From positions 4,712,001-4,776,000 of the forward strand of contig OZ024750.1 in the NCBI GenBank assembly GCA_964016885.1: a stretch of DNA of 64,000 nt, in the 5' to 3' direction. This DNA comes from Eledone cirrhosa (taxonomy: Eukaryota). This document shows, in pieces, positions 40,811 to 54,888 of this stretch. The stretch's first letter is position 1; each line of letters opens with the position of its first letter. Below the pieces are notes generated by a model that saw only the letters and a list, made by a program, of their open reading frames with translations, did no database searches and was not told the DNA's origin. The position numbers and the translations under genes are program-made.

Positions 40811-41117
40811 CATCATCATCATCATTTTACGTCCGCTTTTCCCTGCTTGCAAGGGTGGGACGGGAACTGATTCTGGCTTGATTTCTACAGCTGGATGCCC
40901 TTCCTAACACCAACCTCATTTACAGTGAGTGCTGGGTGCTTTTTTTTTCTGTGGCACCTACACGTCCACTTTACATCTCATTTCTACAGCTGAGTAAACT
41001 GGAGCAATGTGAAATAAAGTGTCTTGCTCAAGGAAACAACACATCACCCGGTCTGAGAATTGAACTCACAACCTTTTGATTGCAATACCAATGCTCTAAC
41101 CACTAAGCCATGTGCCT
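40811..41117 (-). mobile_element. Full-length group 2 tRNA-SINE (tRNA head + core + RTE-type tail)
   Basis: A box tggcttagtggttag, B box gagttcaattc, ccttgagcaagacactttatttcacattgctcc core, (GAT)n tail. Confidence 0.88.
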
Positions 41118-41119
41118 CT

Positions 41120-41790
<671 letters not shown>

Positions 41791-42879
41791 ATGGCTTTTG
41801 ACTCTTTGATTAAACATTGGAGCCAAACTCATTGATAAGAACACAAGAAACTTTTTGTTGTAGTTTAGTAGTATCAGTTAAAATAGAATGGAGAATGGTA
41901 TGTATGTAATTCTCACCATAGAATATGGTACCAATGGAGAATGGTATGTTATCAGCCAAAAGTGTAGATCTTTCAATGTGGCATATTTCTTGATTTCTCG
42001 TGTAAAAGTGAACGATATTGTTGTGAAAGGTTCACTGCAAATGTCTGACAGGAACAGACACCTACCATGTAGCTAACCACTACATGTTTGACAGACACCT
42101 ACCATGTAGCTAACCACTACATGTCATAAGTTTGTGAGTTCAATTCCTTGACCGGTCAGTATATTGTACTTTTGAGCAAGACACTATATTTAATGTTACT
42201 CAACTGGAAAAAAAAGTTAACACAGACAACATTTATAGACTGGACATTTGAAAGAAGAAACAACATTTTAAACAAGTTTATACATTTATTTCTCTTTTAC
42301 ATGCTTAAATAGACGAGGGATTCTTTTTTCTTGGTTTTTTACTCTTCTTTTTCTTCTAATCCAGTTTTTTTTATAATTATTGCAAATTCATAAATTGCCC
42401 AATTTATGAAATCAAGGATCTCTGTAGTCAATATTTTTTATAAATATTTATATTTTAATGTCTTCTTCAATATCCTCTCATTCTCCCTCCAAATATTGTG
42501 GAGTCCACTTTATTCAACTGCTGACAAAAGAAGAAATCTCCATGATTAAATCAATGAAAAAAAATGTCCTTAAGACATTGAGGATGAGATTGTGGTGGAA
42601 ACTAAGTAAATGTCACCTTCAAATACAACCAAAATATTGGCTGGACATGACCCCTTCTTTGTGTCACACTGTCACTGTGTCATGGTATCACTGTCATACA
42701 GCCACTGTACCATAGTTCCACTGTGTCACACAGCCATTGTGCCCTGAACTCTATGGTTAAGAGATTAGGATTTATCCTGAACAAATATACCCTTCACACT
42801 ACAACACCTTTCGCGCAAAATTACATTATATATATATATATATATATATATAGGTAGACACATAATCTAGTACAGGATG

Positions 42880-43390
42880 GTATCATACTTAATGACTGTC
42901 ACAGCAGTTAAACTGGTATAAGGGTAAAAGACAAGCACTAGAGAGAGAGGTAACTGTAGAGACATCAAGTTGATGGATTAGGTCATGAAAGTTACTGAAA
43001 GGTTTATAACACAATTAGAGACAGAATCAAGCTTCAGGAGATACAGTTCAGCTTTATGCCAGGTAAATATATTACCGATGCCCTCTTCTTCATTTGACAG
43101 CTGCAGGAGAAGTGCTTAGCTAAGAGTAAGCCCCAGTATCAGGCAGTTGTGGACCTGGGGAAGGCCTTTGACAGAGTTCCCCATTTTGTAATCTGGTGGA
43201 GGTTAAAGAAGCTAGATGTAGCTGAATGGTATGTGAAGGTGTATATATAATGTATAGAGGTGCAACCAGTAAGATGAGAGTTGGTAATGAATCTGAAGTG
43301 TCCACCACTGCTCGATCCTCAGTCCATTACTGTTTATTATTGACCTTCAGGCCATATCAGAAAAGTTTAAGGCTAGTTGCCCATAACAGG
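42880..43390 (+). pseudogene. Degraded RTE reverse-transcriptase fragment
   Basis: Broken frames give QLQEK...VVDLGKAFDRVP...IWW and MYRGATSKMRVGNE, with stops and frameshifts. Confidence 0.8.
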
Positions 43391-43445
43391 GCCCTTGACT
43401 GCATATCTGCAGTGGTTTTTGTATATATATATATATATATATATA

Positions 43446-43590
43446 TAGTATTTCCCGGAATCGAAGACGCTACTTTTTACCTAAGATAAGTCTCAAAAAT
43501 CTACCATGCGACCTGGAGGCCAAACGTTATTTTTTTCAATGTTTTGGTTGTCAAAATTGGGGTGCGTCTTTGGCGCTGGGAAATACGGTG
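43446..43590. mobile_element. pogo/Tigger-like MITE
   Basis: Imperfect TIRs gtatttcccgg...aagacgc / gcgtctt...gggaaatac, within a TA tract. Confidence 0.6.
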
Positions 43591-46500
43591 TATATATATA
43601 TATATATACACATGTAAACTTATTTTTAAATAATGTTGAAAATCATTCAAACAAAATATAGACTTAGCAATACAGGACCATGGTTGGTTTTTGTTTTTAT
43701 CCTTGATGAGGGTCCCTACTCTTAACTTTTCTAGGTGATGTAATGGATGCTTAGCTGAAAAGTCATCCCAGATTACAGAAAGTCATCACCCCTGATCTCT
43801 CTCAGCCCTCTAAGTCTGCGGAGAGTCATCCCACCTAATATTTATAGGCCCTCCCAGGCTGTAGAGGGTCATCACCCCTGGTTTCTCAATCTGCAGAGGA
43901 TCATTTATAGGCCCTCCTGGGCTGCAGTTGGTGATGTAATGGATGCTTGGTTTAATTTCTACCCAAATGATGACCTTAGGGGAAAACGTTAGTAGAGAGA
44001 AATTCCCAAACATTGCTGGTTGAGGATTAAACATTTGTACGAGGTGTATCGGGCAGGCTTTGTGTGTGTTGAGGAAGGGGGGTGTCAAAGCAGATAAACT
44101 GGACAGATCTGGTTTATAGTGGTTCTAACCATTTTTCTACTTGACATCAGAACCATCTTTAAAGTTTAAAATAATGTTTTTAGCTTTTTAAAAGCTTCTA
44201 CAATGCGCATTAACTATAAGATCGGGGCTATATCCCCATTAGACGGGCGATTCTAGTCAGTTTTCTCTCTTCAGGGGTTATAACCCCGATTTTATTCAAC
44301 TATATTATAGTTATATGTGGTAGTCTTTGTTTAGTCAAAAACATTCGCTTAAATTTTAATCTTTATAGACGTTCTCAATCCTTTGTTTGCGTACTGTAAA
44401 ATATTTTGTCTATGTCAGTAGTGACGTTGTGCCGTATACTGATATAAACATCACACCTAACATTTTAACGTGAAAATGACTAGAGAATTTACTAAAGTAG
44501 TTATCTCCCTTGTTATGTGTCGCTATGGCCAGCTCAGTTGCCTCCCTTACATTATACTCTCTAATTAGACAACACCGTAAGGGAGGAAGTGGTTGTAGAT
44601 TTATATTGATGAAGCGTAAAATTATTAACGACATTTTTGTAGGAAAATCAATTAAATGTTTCTATTGAACAAACTTATTTCAATAAATAAATAAAAGAAA
44701 TCATATAAATTTGTTATTTTATGGAATAGAAATTTACTTCTCGGGCTGAGTTATGAATTGTATCGTTCATCAGGTTTCCTATTTGTTAGTGAGAGCTGTA
44801 ATATGATGGGACACTGAAATATTAGGTTAGGAAGTGATGGCTGAGATGTCGACATATTTTCACCTCAACCAGTTGGTAATGATATTAATAACATCTTTAC
44901 AACCCAGCTCCAATAACAAAATCCCTTTACGTCACCCTTTCAAACTAGATTATCTGTGACCCTTCCAATAAAGAGAATTGTAAACTATAGAAACATCTGA
45001 GTCCCATTCAAAGAAAAGTAATTTAAAACTGAAGAAACAGTTAAAGTAAAGGCACAAGAGAAGACTAAATGGTTCGTTTGATCAGCCAGCAATATTATGG
45101 ATAGATCGCTATTATTGTAGATGTATTGAATATCGTCTGACTTCGTACAAAGGCAAACGATTAAAAGGAGTATAAAGAACCAACATGTTATTGATAGTTG
45201 TTTTGAAGGGAAGAATGGATATAATCGATTGGACCAAACTCGGTGTATTATTGAATCGAATTAAGTGTAGAATCCACCAGGGGTTGAACTCGAACTTAAG
45301 GGAGGCAACTATGTAATTCCAGTAAAATATCTAGTTATCTCCCTTACTATTTCCCGGTTCTGAGTTATTGCTTCACACCCGCTGTCCCATGTTTGTTGCG
45401 GTTGGAGCGTACCTCAGATTCATGGGTAATAAAATGACGGATAGAATAAGACTTTCCCCTGAATTATACACTAGTCGGTTACAGGACTAATCTCTCCAGC
45501 AATGTGAAATGAAGTACCTTACTCAAGGACACAATATCACCAGCGACCTTACGATAGTGACCCTTAACACCTTAAGCACCGAGTCATACACATTCACCTT
45601 AAATATTGTAAACAAAAACCAAAATAAATGAGATCAAAACTGATGAAGAAGAGTTGGCAAGATATTAGCAAGAGGCTGGAGTTGCTTTCTGCTGTTTTCT
45701 TAGTGTGTGTGTGTGTATGTGTCAGGTGGGGTGCTGGGCCTGAAACCAGAGAGGAAACTACCAAAATATGGTTTATTTTTAACTAAACAAGTAATTCATC
45801 CTCAGTATACTACTAGTACTTATTTAATCATGCTTGGGATTAGAAGATTGGGTAAAATACTTTATAGAATTAGTTTCAGTTCTCTACATTCTCAGTTCAA
45901 ATCCCAACAGAGCTCTGGTTTGACCTTAATAAATAATTACATATATATCTATATATGTCTTATTCTCACACTCACATCACAGCCATTCCCAGTCTGGCCA
46001 AGGACACAGTTGACCTAGTGTTCAGAGGTGGTAGTGCTGGTGCCACAGTGCATGTGATAAAGTGGTTGGCATTAGGAAGGGCATCCATGCCAAAATAAAA
46101 CATATATGTTAGATCTGGTCATATGACCTGTCTAATCTCAGAATATGACAACCCATCAAACCCATGGAAAATAGATGTGATGATGTGTATGCATTTATTA
46201 TTGGCGTGTTTAAGATTTAAAAGCATCTTTGTCAAACCTTTTACAAAATCAATCATCCAACAGATTTTTCTTTCTCTTTTTACTTATTTTCACAGTTCAT
46301 TCTTAGATTAATCAGACAGACAGACACACACACATATACATACATACCTACATACATACATATATATATATATGTATGTATGTATGTATTTTCTTAGTCC
46401 AAGAACTAAAAATGACCCATTTAAAATTAGGACTCAAATCATTTACCTTCTTCGATCTATAGAAAATAGTTTTTAACTCCTAATAATGAAGAGCTCTTCA

Positions 46501-46775
46501 GGACCTACTAACTCTCCCAAAGCTATAAATTTGTATTTTGCAAATTAATCAGAAGAAATGTTTTGCTTCACCATGGTCTTACCTTTTATACATAAACTAT
46601 GTTTTATACATCAGAGGTAGAATTGTGTGGTGAAGCAAAAAATGTCTGTTGGTTTATTTGTGAAATATCAATTTATGGCTTTTGGGAGATATATTAGTTG
46701 GTGATGATATTTTAATCGGAGTAAAATGAAAGGTTTTTCATTGAGCTAAAAGTTTTGATTATATATATGTTTGTG

Positions 46776-46829
<54 letters not shown>

Positions 46830-46831
<2 letters not shown>

Positions 46832-47145
46832 ATATAGAGAGGAAAAACACAGGAGAGCTGAGTTTGAAACCAGTAATACGGTGAAATAATCTCTTAGTGA
46901 GTTTGTACAAGTGCAATTTTAATTATGAGGTAGGTTTCTCATTTTAATTTATCCTTTTAATTATTATGTTTCTCCTATACCTCTCTTAGCTTATATTCTC
47001 TTCACGCTGATGGTTAAAATCCTGTAATGAAAACACACTCCCCTGTGTTTTTCCTCTCTATATTGTATTTTAAAGTGCCCAGGAAAACTCTTTCCTTTGA
47101 GCTCCGTATTATACGCGAGTCCTTTACTCCGTTATTTTACTTGAG
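46830..47145. mobile_element. Short element with 24-bp inverted repeats and a degenerate CTGATG...GAAA motif
   Basis: caatatagagaggaaaaacacagg (46830) / cctgtgtttttcctctctatattg (47042-47065); microsatellite flanks. Confidence 0.5.
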
Positions 47146-47473
47146 ATATATATATATATATATATACAATTAACAAATTGGGATGACTGGAAGAACATAT
47201 TCAATAGGTCATGTGACTACCAGATTCAGCTGACAAATGACACCACTACCACCACCACCATTATCATCATAGTTGAACAACAAAAGAAGGACACATTAAA
47301 ATAATAATCAAGTCATCTTTGGATATTTTCAAGAATTTTCTGAAAGCTAACTTTCTGTTCTTATAACTGGGTTCACTTTCTAAGAGAAAGTAAATAAAAG
47401 CAAATTGAGGAATGGTGACAGTTATATATATATATATATGTATATATATGTGTGTATGTATATATGTGTGTGA

Positions 47474-47617
47474 ATCCCGGGTTTAATCGGGGGTAACCAC
47501 AGTAAGTAAGGTACTCAATACATAGTAGAGTATATACAATATTTAATATAGAAATGATGATTTCCTTTGAATGAAACAGTTCTAGTCCTGTAGAAGCCAT
47601 TTCTATATTAAATATTG
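47474..47617. mobile_element. Palindromic hammerhead-family element (copy of the 31627/56976 family)
   Basis: tgatgatttcctttgaatgaaacagttctagtcctgtagaagcc plus the shared taagtaaggtactcaatac segment. Confidence 0.65.
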
Positions 47618-48505
47618 TGTATGTGTATGTATATATATATATATCTATATATATATAGATTTTCTTTTGTCGAAATTTTCTTTTTCTTTTCTTTTTTTTT
47701 TTGTAAATCTTCATCATAGAGTGTACACAGGTACATATATTTACACAATGTAACCAGGTACACTGTTATATATAGAGAGTGTAACACTTACATTTAATAT
47801 TTTTAAAAAGAGGGGTAAGTAACAACAAAATATACAAAAAATATTAAAATCATAATCTGAAGGTTGTTTTGCTGGTTTTTGTTTGTTTTCATAGAGTGGG
47901 GGGAGGGGGGGGGGGTAATGAGAGGAGAAAAATGTAAAGAGACAACAAAACAATGTCAATTGTTTTTGTTGTTGTGTTTATTTTTATTTTTTCTTTCTTT
48001 TTCGTTTTTTGTTTTTTTGTTGTATTTTTTTTATCCCAAGAATATTGATGTGTGGTAGATATGAAGCACTAAAACAGCTGTGGTACTTCTGTCACCCACA
48101 GAGATTGATTGGTAGATAGATAGATAGTTAAGTTGGTAGATAGATAGATAGATAGATAGATAGGTTTGTATGTAGATGAGTATGTACGTTGATAGGTACA
48201 TAGGTAGGCAGATAGGTAGGTACAGACAGACAGACAGACAGGTAGATAGAGAAATAGGACAGACAGACAGTTAGAAAGATAAGTTTGTAGGTAGATGAGT
48301 ACATTAATAGATATGTTTGTAGGTAGATAAGTAATTGTAGATAAATACCATTAATCAATATGATTGTTTCTACTGTTAAGGTTGTGGGAAGGATATAGTA
48401 TGAAAGTTGGAAGAAGGCAGAATCAAGGATGAAAGCTAAACATTTCTATCTCAGCCTCTCTCACCTACATACACTCACAACATATACACAAGTCAACATT
48501 CTTAT

Positions 48506-48598
48506 TTACACTGTGGTACTCAATTTCGAAAATGCATTTATCAGGGCCCGGTTTTCAACCTGCAGAGTCACATTCTCATCTTCAAATTTTTCCACATG
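48506..48598 (-). CDS. PAWR: PAWR-like terminal coding exon, leucine zipper end (HVEKFEDENVTLQVENRALINAFSKLSTTV*)
   Basis: Poly-T tract plus tttcag acceptor, TAA stop at 48508-48506. Resembles the Par-4 C-terminus DLDDIEDENEQLKQENKTLLKVVGQLTR. Confidence 0.88.
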   Translation of the reverse strand, partial: HVEKFEDENVTLQVENRALINAFSKLSTTV

Positions 48599-49457
48599 CT
48601 GAAACAAGTAAAAAAAAAAAAAAACACTGTTATATATATAGCATATATGTAATTTATGATATATGAAATATACTACAATAATATATCTTCTCTTCTACTT
48701 CTTTTTGCTCTTGCTTGATGGTTCTTGGGGCTTGCATGTTACATAAATCCAAGGGAGAGTGTTACCACCTGGAGCTTTGCCCCTGGTAGGGCCAGCCTCC
48801 CGAGGAGGTTCAAGATAGTGACCAGCAGCACATCGGTTCGCCACCAAGATGGCAGCCCCATCATCTAACTATTATTCTGTGGAGGGCCAACAACCTGCCC
48901 AGAAGAACCCTCAAGCTATTATGACACCAACATTAATATATATAATAGTATTGTATTGATATAAAAATCAATACATATTAAGCTGGTTGCTAATATTGGA
49001 TAAACAATAATTATATCTTTCATGTTTTCTTAACACTTTTGAAAATCTTCACAACAATCTGTCCAGTAGTAAAGATATTATAAACATTTGAATTAACAAG
49101 ACTATTTTTTAAATATTTTTGACTAGATCATGAGAGAAGAGTTAAGACATTATAATGAATAAAAACAGTAAAAAAAAAATGAAGGATTTTACAAAAATAC
49201 AACAAAAACATATCAAGTCAAGGTAGAAACAACATCAACAATAATAATAATAATTTTTAATCGAGGACCAAGGCCTGTAAATTGTGTGTGTGTGTGGGGG
49301 GGGGGGGGGGGGTGATTATACCGACCCCCAGATGAAATGTGAAGCTGATCATGGTGTGATTTGAAAGAATGTAAAGAGCAGGAACAATTGCTGCAAAACA
49401 TTTTATTCATCACTCTAACAATTCTGTCAATCCACTGCCAACAACAACAACAGCAAC

Positions 49458-49489
<32 letters not shown>

Positions 49490-52143
49490 TGGTTTCTGAT
49501 TTAGGCGCAAGGCCAGCAATTTTGGGAGGGGGAAAGTTGATTAAATCGACCCCAATACGCTACTGGTACTTTATTTTATTTTATCGACCTTGTAAGGATG
49601 AAAGACAAAGCTAACTCAATAATAATACCAACAACAACAGACAACAACAATAATATCAGCAGAAACCAACAACAACAACAACATGCAAAGTTACAAAAGT
49701 GAACACCTGAGATAGAGAAGGTGATGTATTTTATCACAGCATCAACACTACCATTTAACAGAGTGTACTGGAAGTATTTTATCACAGTACCTACACTACC
49801 ACTTTACAGATTCATCTGGGTATATTTTAATCACAGTACCTGCACTACCACCTTACACTGTGTACTGGGTATATTTTACCACAGTACCTGTACTACCACC
49901 TTACACTGTGTACTGGGTATATTTTATCACAGTACCTACACTACCACTTTACAGATTCATCTGGGTGTATTTTAATCACAGTACCTGTACTACCACCTTA
50001 CACTGTGTACTGGGTTTATTTTATCAGGGTGTTGCATGCTGACAATCAAAACGTTTTCATGATTTACAATAAAGTGAAATTCAATAGAAATCCTGTGACA
50101 GTCACAATAAAATAATAAGATATATAAATGTGATATAAAATCTAAATAAGACTTCATGCAACACTGGGTGGTTATAACATCTAACATGAAATATATCAAT
50201 AGTTCCAACACTGATGGGTATATAGTTGGGTGGCTGGGTGGATAGTTGGTGGCTGGGTGGCTGGGAACACTGGCTATATACAGCTGAGTGGGTGTATAGT
50301 TTGGTGGCTGGGTGGCCTGGTATACAGTTGCATAGCTGGGTATATAGTTGGAGTGATCATTATGCAGTATACTAAAGACTTCAGTATTTAATGCAGTCAT
50401 AGTGCTGTTTTAGACTTTTCAAAACTATCTTGTTTATGTGGTTTCATGAAGTTTAATATCTTTACTAGAGGATAGATTGTTGTGAAAATTTACAGTAAAC
50501 TGAGAGAGATTGTTAATGATAGATCTAATAGTGAAAGGGAAGGGTCACAGATAGAGAGAAAGGAGGAGAGTGAGGTAGAAAGATAGATGGAGGGATTGAG
50601 AGAGAGAGGTGGAAAGATAGATGAAGGGATTGAGAGAGAGAGAGAGAGAAAGATAGATGGAGGGATTGAGAGAGAGAGAGAGAGAGGTAGAAAGATAGAT
50701 GGAGGGATTGAGAGAGAGAGAGAGGTGGAAAGATAGATGGAGAAATGCAAGTTGACAAGGAAAGTAGAACTATGGGATGATGTGTCTTGTTGGTCAAGGT
50801 TAACCTGAAACTACACAACAACAAGAACAACAACAACTCTGGGCAAGGCACAATACACAAGCAAGATGGCTGCCAAGGTGGACATGCTGCAAGACACAAC
50901 TATATAAACACTGATTATAGTCCACTAATATTCAATCCATGCGGGTGAAATATTTTTTTACCTGCATATTCCACATCTATTGGTCAGTGTTGCTGTACAG
51001 GGAAGACAGGCAAATAAAAATTGAACGACAAAGCAAACAGCAGTTTCTAGAAAGTTCTAATACAGACATTATAAAAATATACGTATTTAACACTTCACAC
51101 ACCAAACCACCTGAATTACCCCTCATTCTATGATACCAAACTGTCTGAAATTACCCCTGGTTATATGATACCAAATTGTCTGAAATTACTCCTGGTTATA
51201 TGATACCAAACTGTCTGAAGTTACCCCTGGTTATATGATACAAAACTGTTTATTTTAAAGTGTTTATATTTATCTAAAAACCTTCCATCATAATTCTAAA
51301 TAAGCACCTTTATTAAGTTATGTTCCAAACACCAGCTTAATAATCTGAAAGTTAGTTACATTACTAAATCCTTCTAAAGTCTTGATTATTTTCAAAAAGA
51401 TTTGAAAACCATTGATCGTGTTGTTACAGCTTATACCTATGTATGTTTAGTTGGTCTCTTATGAGGTGGTTTCTTGGCTGTTTTAATGATAGGGGACCCC
51501 AGTCCTATCATATGGCTGTTACAGCTTACACTTATGTATGTTTAGTTGGTCTCCTATGAGGTGGTTTCTTGGCTGTTTTAATGATAGGAGACCCCAGTTC
51601 TATCATGAAACAACAAAATTTAACCCACAACGTTATGAATATGAGTTCAACACTCTTATCACTAGACCACATGCTTTCATTAAAGTTCTGAACTACACAC
51701 AGTGAAGCCTAGATTTAGTTTGAAAGCTCTCATCAATCAATCTGCTGTGTTAATAAACACAACCTTTAGCTTCAGTTGACTCAGTTTCTAAATACTGTAA
51801 ATAGAGGACCCCCCCCCCCTCTCTTGTTATTGTATACACTATAGACAGTTTGAAGATGTTAACACACACAAATATATATCTCTTATAATGCCCCCCCCCC
51901 CCCCCTGTTAATAAACCATATATAATAACCCGTAGGTTTTTCATATATAATACTCCCTATTCATCTATCACATATAATTCCCCCCCCCCCTATATATCAT
52001 ACATAAAGCCTACCCCACCCCATATATCATCACATAAAATCTAAACCCCACCAATATCATCATATATAAACCCCCCAAACTCCAACCCGATCCCTATACC
52101 ATAGCCCCACAATTTAAATATTTCCAGAACACTATCAACTTAC

Positions 52144-52248
52144 CTTGTTCAGAAGTGCTATTTCTTTCTCTAACTCAGCAATTCGCCGATCTTTATCATC
52201 CAGTAATTTTATAAGGCGCCGGTTCTCTTCACGTTCGCAGTTAAGGAG
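52144..52248 (-). CDS. PAWR: PAWR-like coiled-coil exon (LLNCEREENRRLIKLLDDKDRRIAELEKEIALLNK)
   Basis: tttttag acceptor, AAG|GTAAGT donor, 105 nt. Aligns by eye to human Par-4 VVRERQENLRLVRLMQDKEEMIGKLKEEIDLLNR. Confidence 0.88.
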
Positions 52249-52410
52249 CTAAAAATAAAATATTTTATTTATGTCAAATATTTTCTTTTTAGTATCAAAA
52301 TTAATGCAGGTTCCATTGCTTAGTAAAGTGTTGGGCATGCAATAGTAAAGCCATGAGTTTCATTGCCAGACCAGATGGTACTTACAGGACCCTTTAGAAT
52401 AAGTGTTTAA

Positions 52411-52618
52411 TCCTTTAGCATTTAAACCAGCCGTATCCAGCCAGAATTCTCTCACCTCTTTCTGTTTAAACCGGACATAATTGGCCACTCGTACTGATGT
52501 TAAGGTATTGTTCTCAAAATAAATAACATCAAAATCTCGTAGATTCGATATTATGTGAGGTAAAGTCTTTACCACAAAAATACAATAGTATATATAGAGT
52601 AATATAAATGGTAAAGGG
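52411..52618. mobile_element. piggyBac-type MITE family A
   Basis: TTAA flanks, slightly diverged TIRs, internal sequence matches 28994-29213. Confidence 0.88.
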
Positions 52619-52649
52619 TTAAGGACTCAAGAAATCCAATATTATGTAG

Positions 52650-52886
52650 TTAGAATGTCTCAGGAAAGAATCTCTGGACAGATTTTACAGGAAAAACCAA
52701 CCGATAGGTGACCCAGGGGTAGACCCTAAGCAAGATGGTTGGATAATATCCATGAACTTGGCTGGTCTCACTTGGGGATCCTGCTGGATCAGTTGGAGAC
52801 GGTTGCTTCTGGCAGGAGCTGCTAGAAGGAGTGTTTAAGGACTCTGCTCCCATGACCCTCTCAAGAATAAGTGGAAGAAGAAGAAA
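52650..52886 (+). mobile_element. RTE-like LINE 3' remnant with (GAA)n tail, abutting a PAWR splice donor
   Basis: RPRGRP*ARWLDNIHELGWSHLG; matches 18722-18905. Confidence 0.75.
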
Positions 52887-52892
52887 TCGTAC

Positions 52893-53424
52893 CTTATCTA
52901 ATGAACACTCTTCTTGTGATTGTTGTTGTTGGGAACCTTGGTACCAGTTTTCTTTGTGTGATTTCACATTGTAGTTAGAATTTTCTTTGAGAGACGGCAA
53001 ATGGCTTTGGTTATCACTGGACCGTGACTGCCAACTGTCCTGTACTTGGGATGATTGACTGGACACTGGACGTTGGTAATCACTATCAGGACATTGATGC
53101 ACATCTCTTTTTTGGATCTGGGACTGTAATATAGGCTGACGGGGATTCTTGCCAGACTCTATCTCTTTATAACGAGACATTACAGAAGAAGATGATGAAG
53201 AGGAGTTGGAGCAGGTGAGAGTTTTAGATTCTAGGTCACTGCCGAGTACTCTGGAACTGGGGGGAGAATAAGGACTTCGGGAGCTTCTGTAGGGCTTGTA
53301 ATTTGTCTTGGCACCTGATGATGCTGGCTCTGATTGACCAATCAGAGTTAAGTTAGTTTCTGATTGGCTAACTGCACTATCATAATCTTGATTATCTTCC
53401 AAGTCAGCATCCAGATCAGATGGG
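52893..53424 (-). CDS. PAWR: PAWR-like large Ser/Gln-rich internal exon (SPSDLDADLEDNQDY...QSQEECSLDK)
   Basis: ttttcttgcag acceptor, AAG|GTACGA donor, 532 nt open in the frame of ORF 52650..53402; phase consistent with both neighbours. Confidence 0.8.
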
Positions 53425-53906
53425 CTGCAAGAAAAGAAAGAAAAATATCATTCAACAAATCATGAAATCATTCATTACTTTTATGTTGGCATGGGTTGGA
53501 TGGGACTTTGTGAGGCAGTATTTTACAGTTTGATAAACAGCATTGCCATCCTGTAAAGTGGTAGTGCTGGTGCCATGATACACTTTATAAAATGGTAGTA
53601 CTAGTGCCATGATAAAATGCCCCAGTACACTTTATAAAGTGGTAGTACTAGTGCCATGATAAAATGCACCCAGTACACTCTGTAAAGTTGTTGGCATTAG
53701 GAAGGACATTCAGCTGTAGAAACTATGCTAAAATAGAACGCATGAGGATGATGATGAATGGTGGGAGAAGGGTTCAATGAAATAAAGTGTTTTGTTCCAC
53801 TGAGAATCGAACTTACAACCTTACCATTGTGAGCTGAACACCCTAACCACTACGCCACATACCTTCACTAAACAAAAATCTAGCAATGTGTTAATAATTC
53901 TACACA

Positions 53907-53970
<64 letters not shown>

Positions 53971-54070
53971 CCCATGCTAGCGTGGAAAATGGACGTTAAA
54001 CGAAGATGATGACACACACATACATACATACATACATACATACATACATACATACATACATACATACATA

Positions 54071-54443
54071 CGTTAGTAACTGCCTCAATACAAATCTTGA
54101 GAAGCTAGGCTTTACAGGAACAGAAAGAACAACTAGTTAGGAAATTACAAGTACAATCCATTAATGGAACAGTAAAAATAAGTAAAAATATGTAAAACAT
54201 TCCAAACATTTTGCATCTAATAACTGCATATACACATGCACACATACAACTCAAAACATCCACATCCACACATACAATAACATCCATATCTACACATACA
54301 ATAACATCCATATCTACACATGCATGCATACATACATATCTACCTAGATGTTGTGTAAATTCCAATGAGAGAGTCTTGTGTCTATGTTAGAAACCGACTA
54401 TCTCTCTATTGGTAAAACTTTGTGAAATTATAAAACCAGAAGA
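54071..54443 (+). mobile_element. 5'-truncated RLE-type non-LTR retrotransposon 3' end (family 1)
   Basis: LEKLGF...LVRKLQVQSINGTVKI...CKTFQ peptide with a frameshift; flanked by (TACA)n on both sides. Confidence 0.6.
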
Positions 54444-54465
54444 ACATACATACATACATAAATAC

Positions 54466-54838
54466 ATGAAGGAGGACATCTACGGACCATTGATGAGGAG
54501 TTTACAAATCCAGTATCCAAGATACACCTTTAGCTTCTTACCCATCATTATTGGAGCTACGGGCTATATACCAACCCGCATGGACCAATGTATAACTGAA
54601 CTTGGATTTGCGGACAAAGAGCGCAGCTCCCTAATTCATAGTCTACAAATGGCTGCGATAGCTGGCACCTTCAAAATTTGCAAAACATTTTTGCGATTCA
54701 AGGGATGACAATTTCTTTTCTTTTACAACTTTACCACCAGGAAGGTGGCCGGTCAAAATATACTCGAAATTAAGAGAAAGAGAGGAGATGACATACATAC
54801 ATACATACATACATACATACATACATACATACATACAT

Positions 54839-54856
<18 letters not shown>
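54466..54856 (+). mobile_element. 5'-truncated RLE-type non-LTR retrotransposon 3' end (family 2) with (ACAT)n tail
   Basis: K...Y..L...PIIIGATGYIP...LQMAAIAGTFKICKTFL matches the C-terminal pattern of restriction-like endonuclease LINEs (R2/R4/NeSL group). Confidence 0.75.
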
Positions 54857-54888
<32 letters not shown>

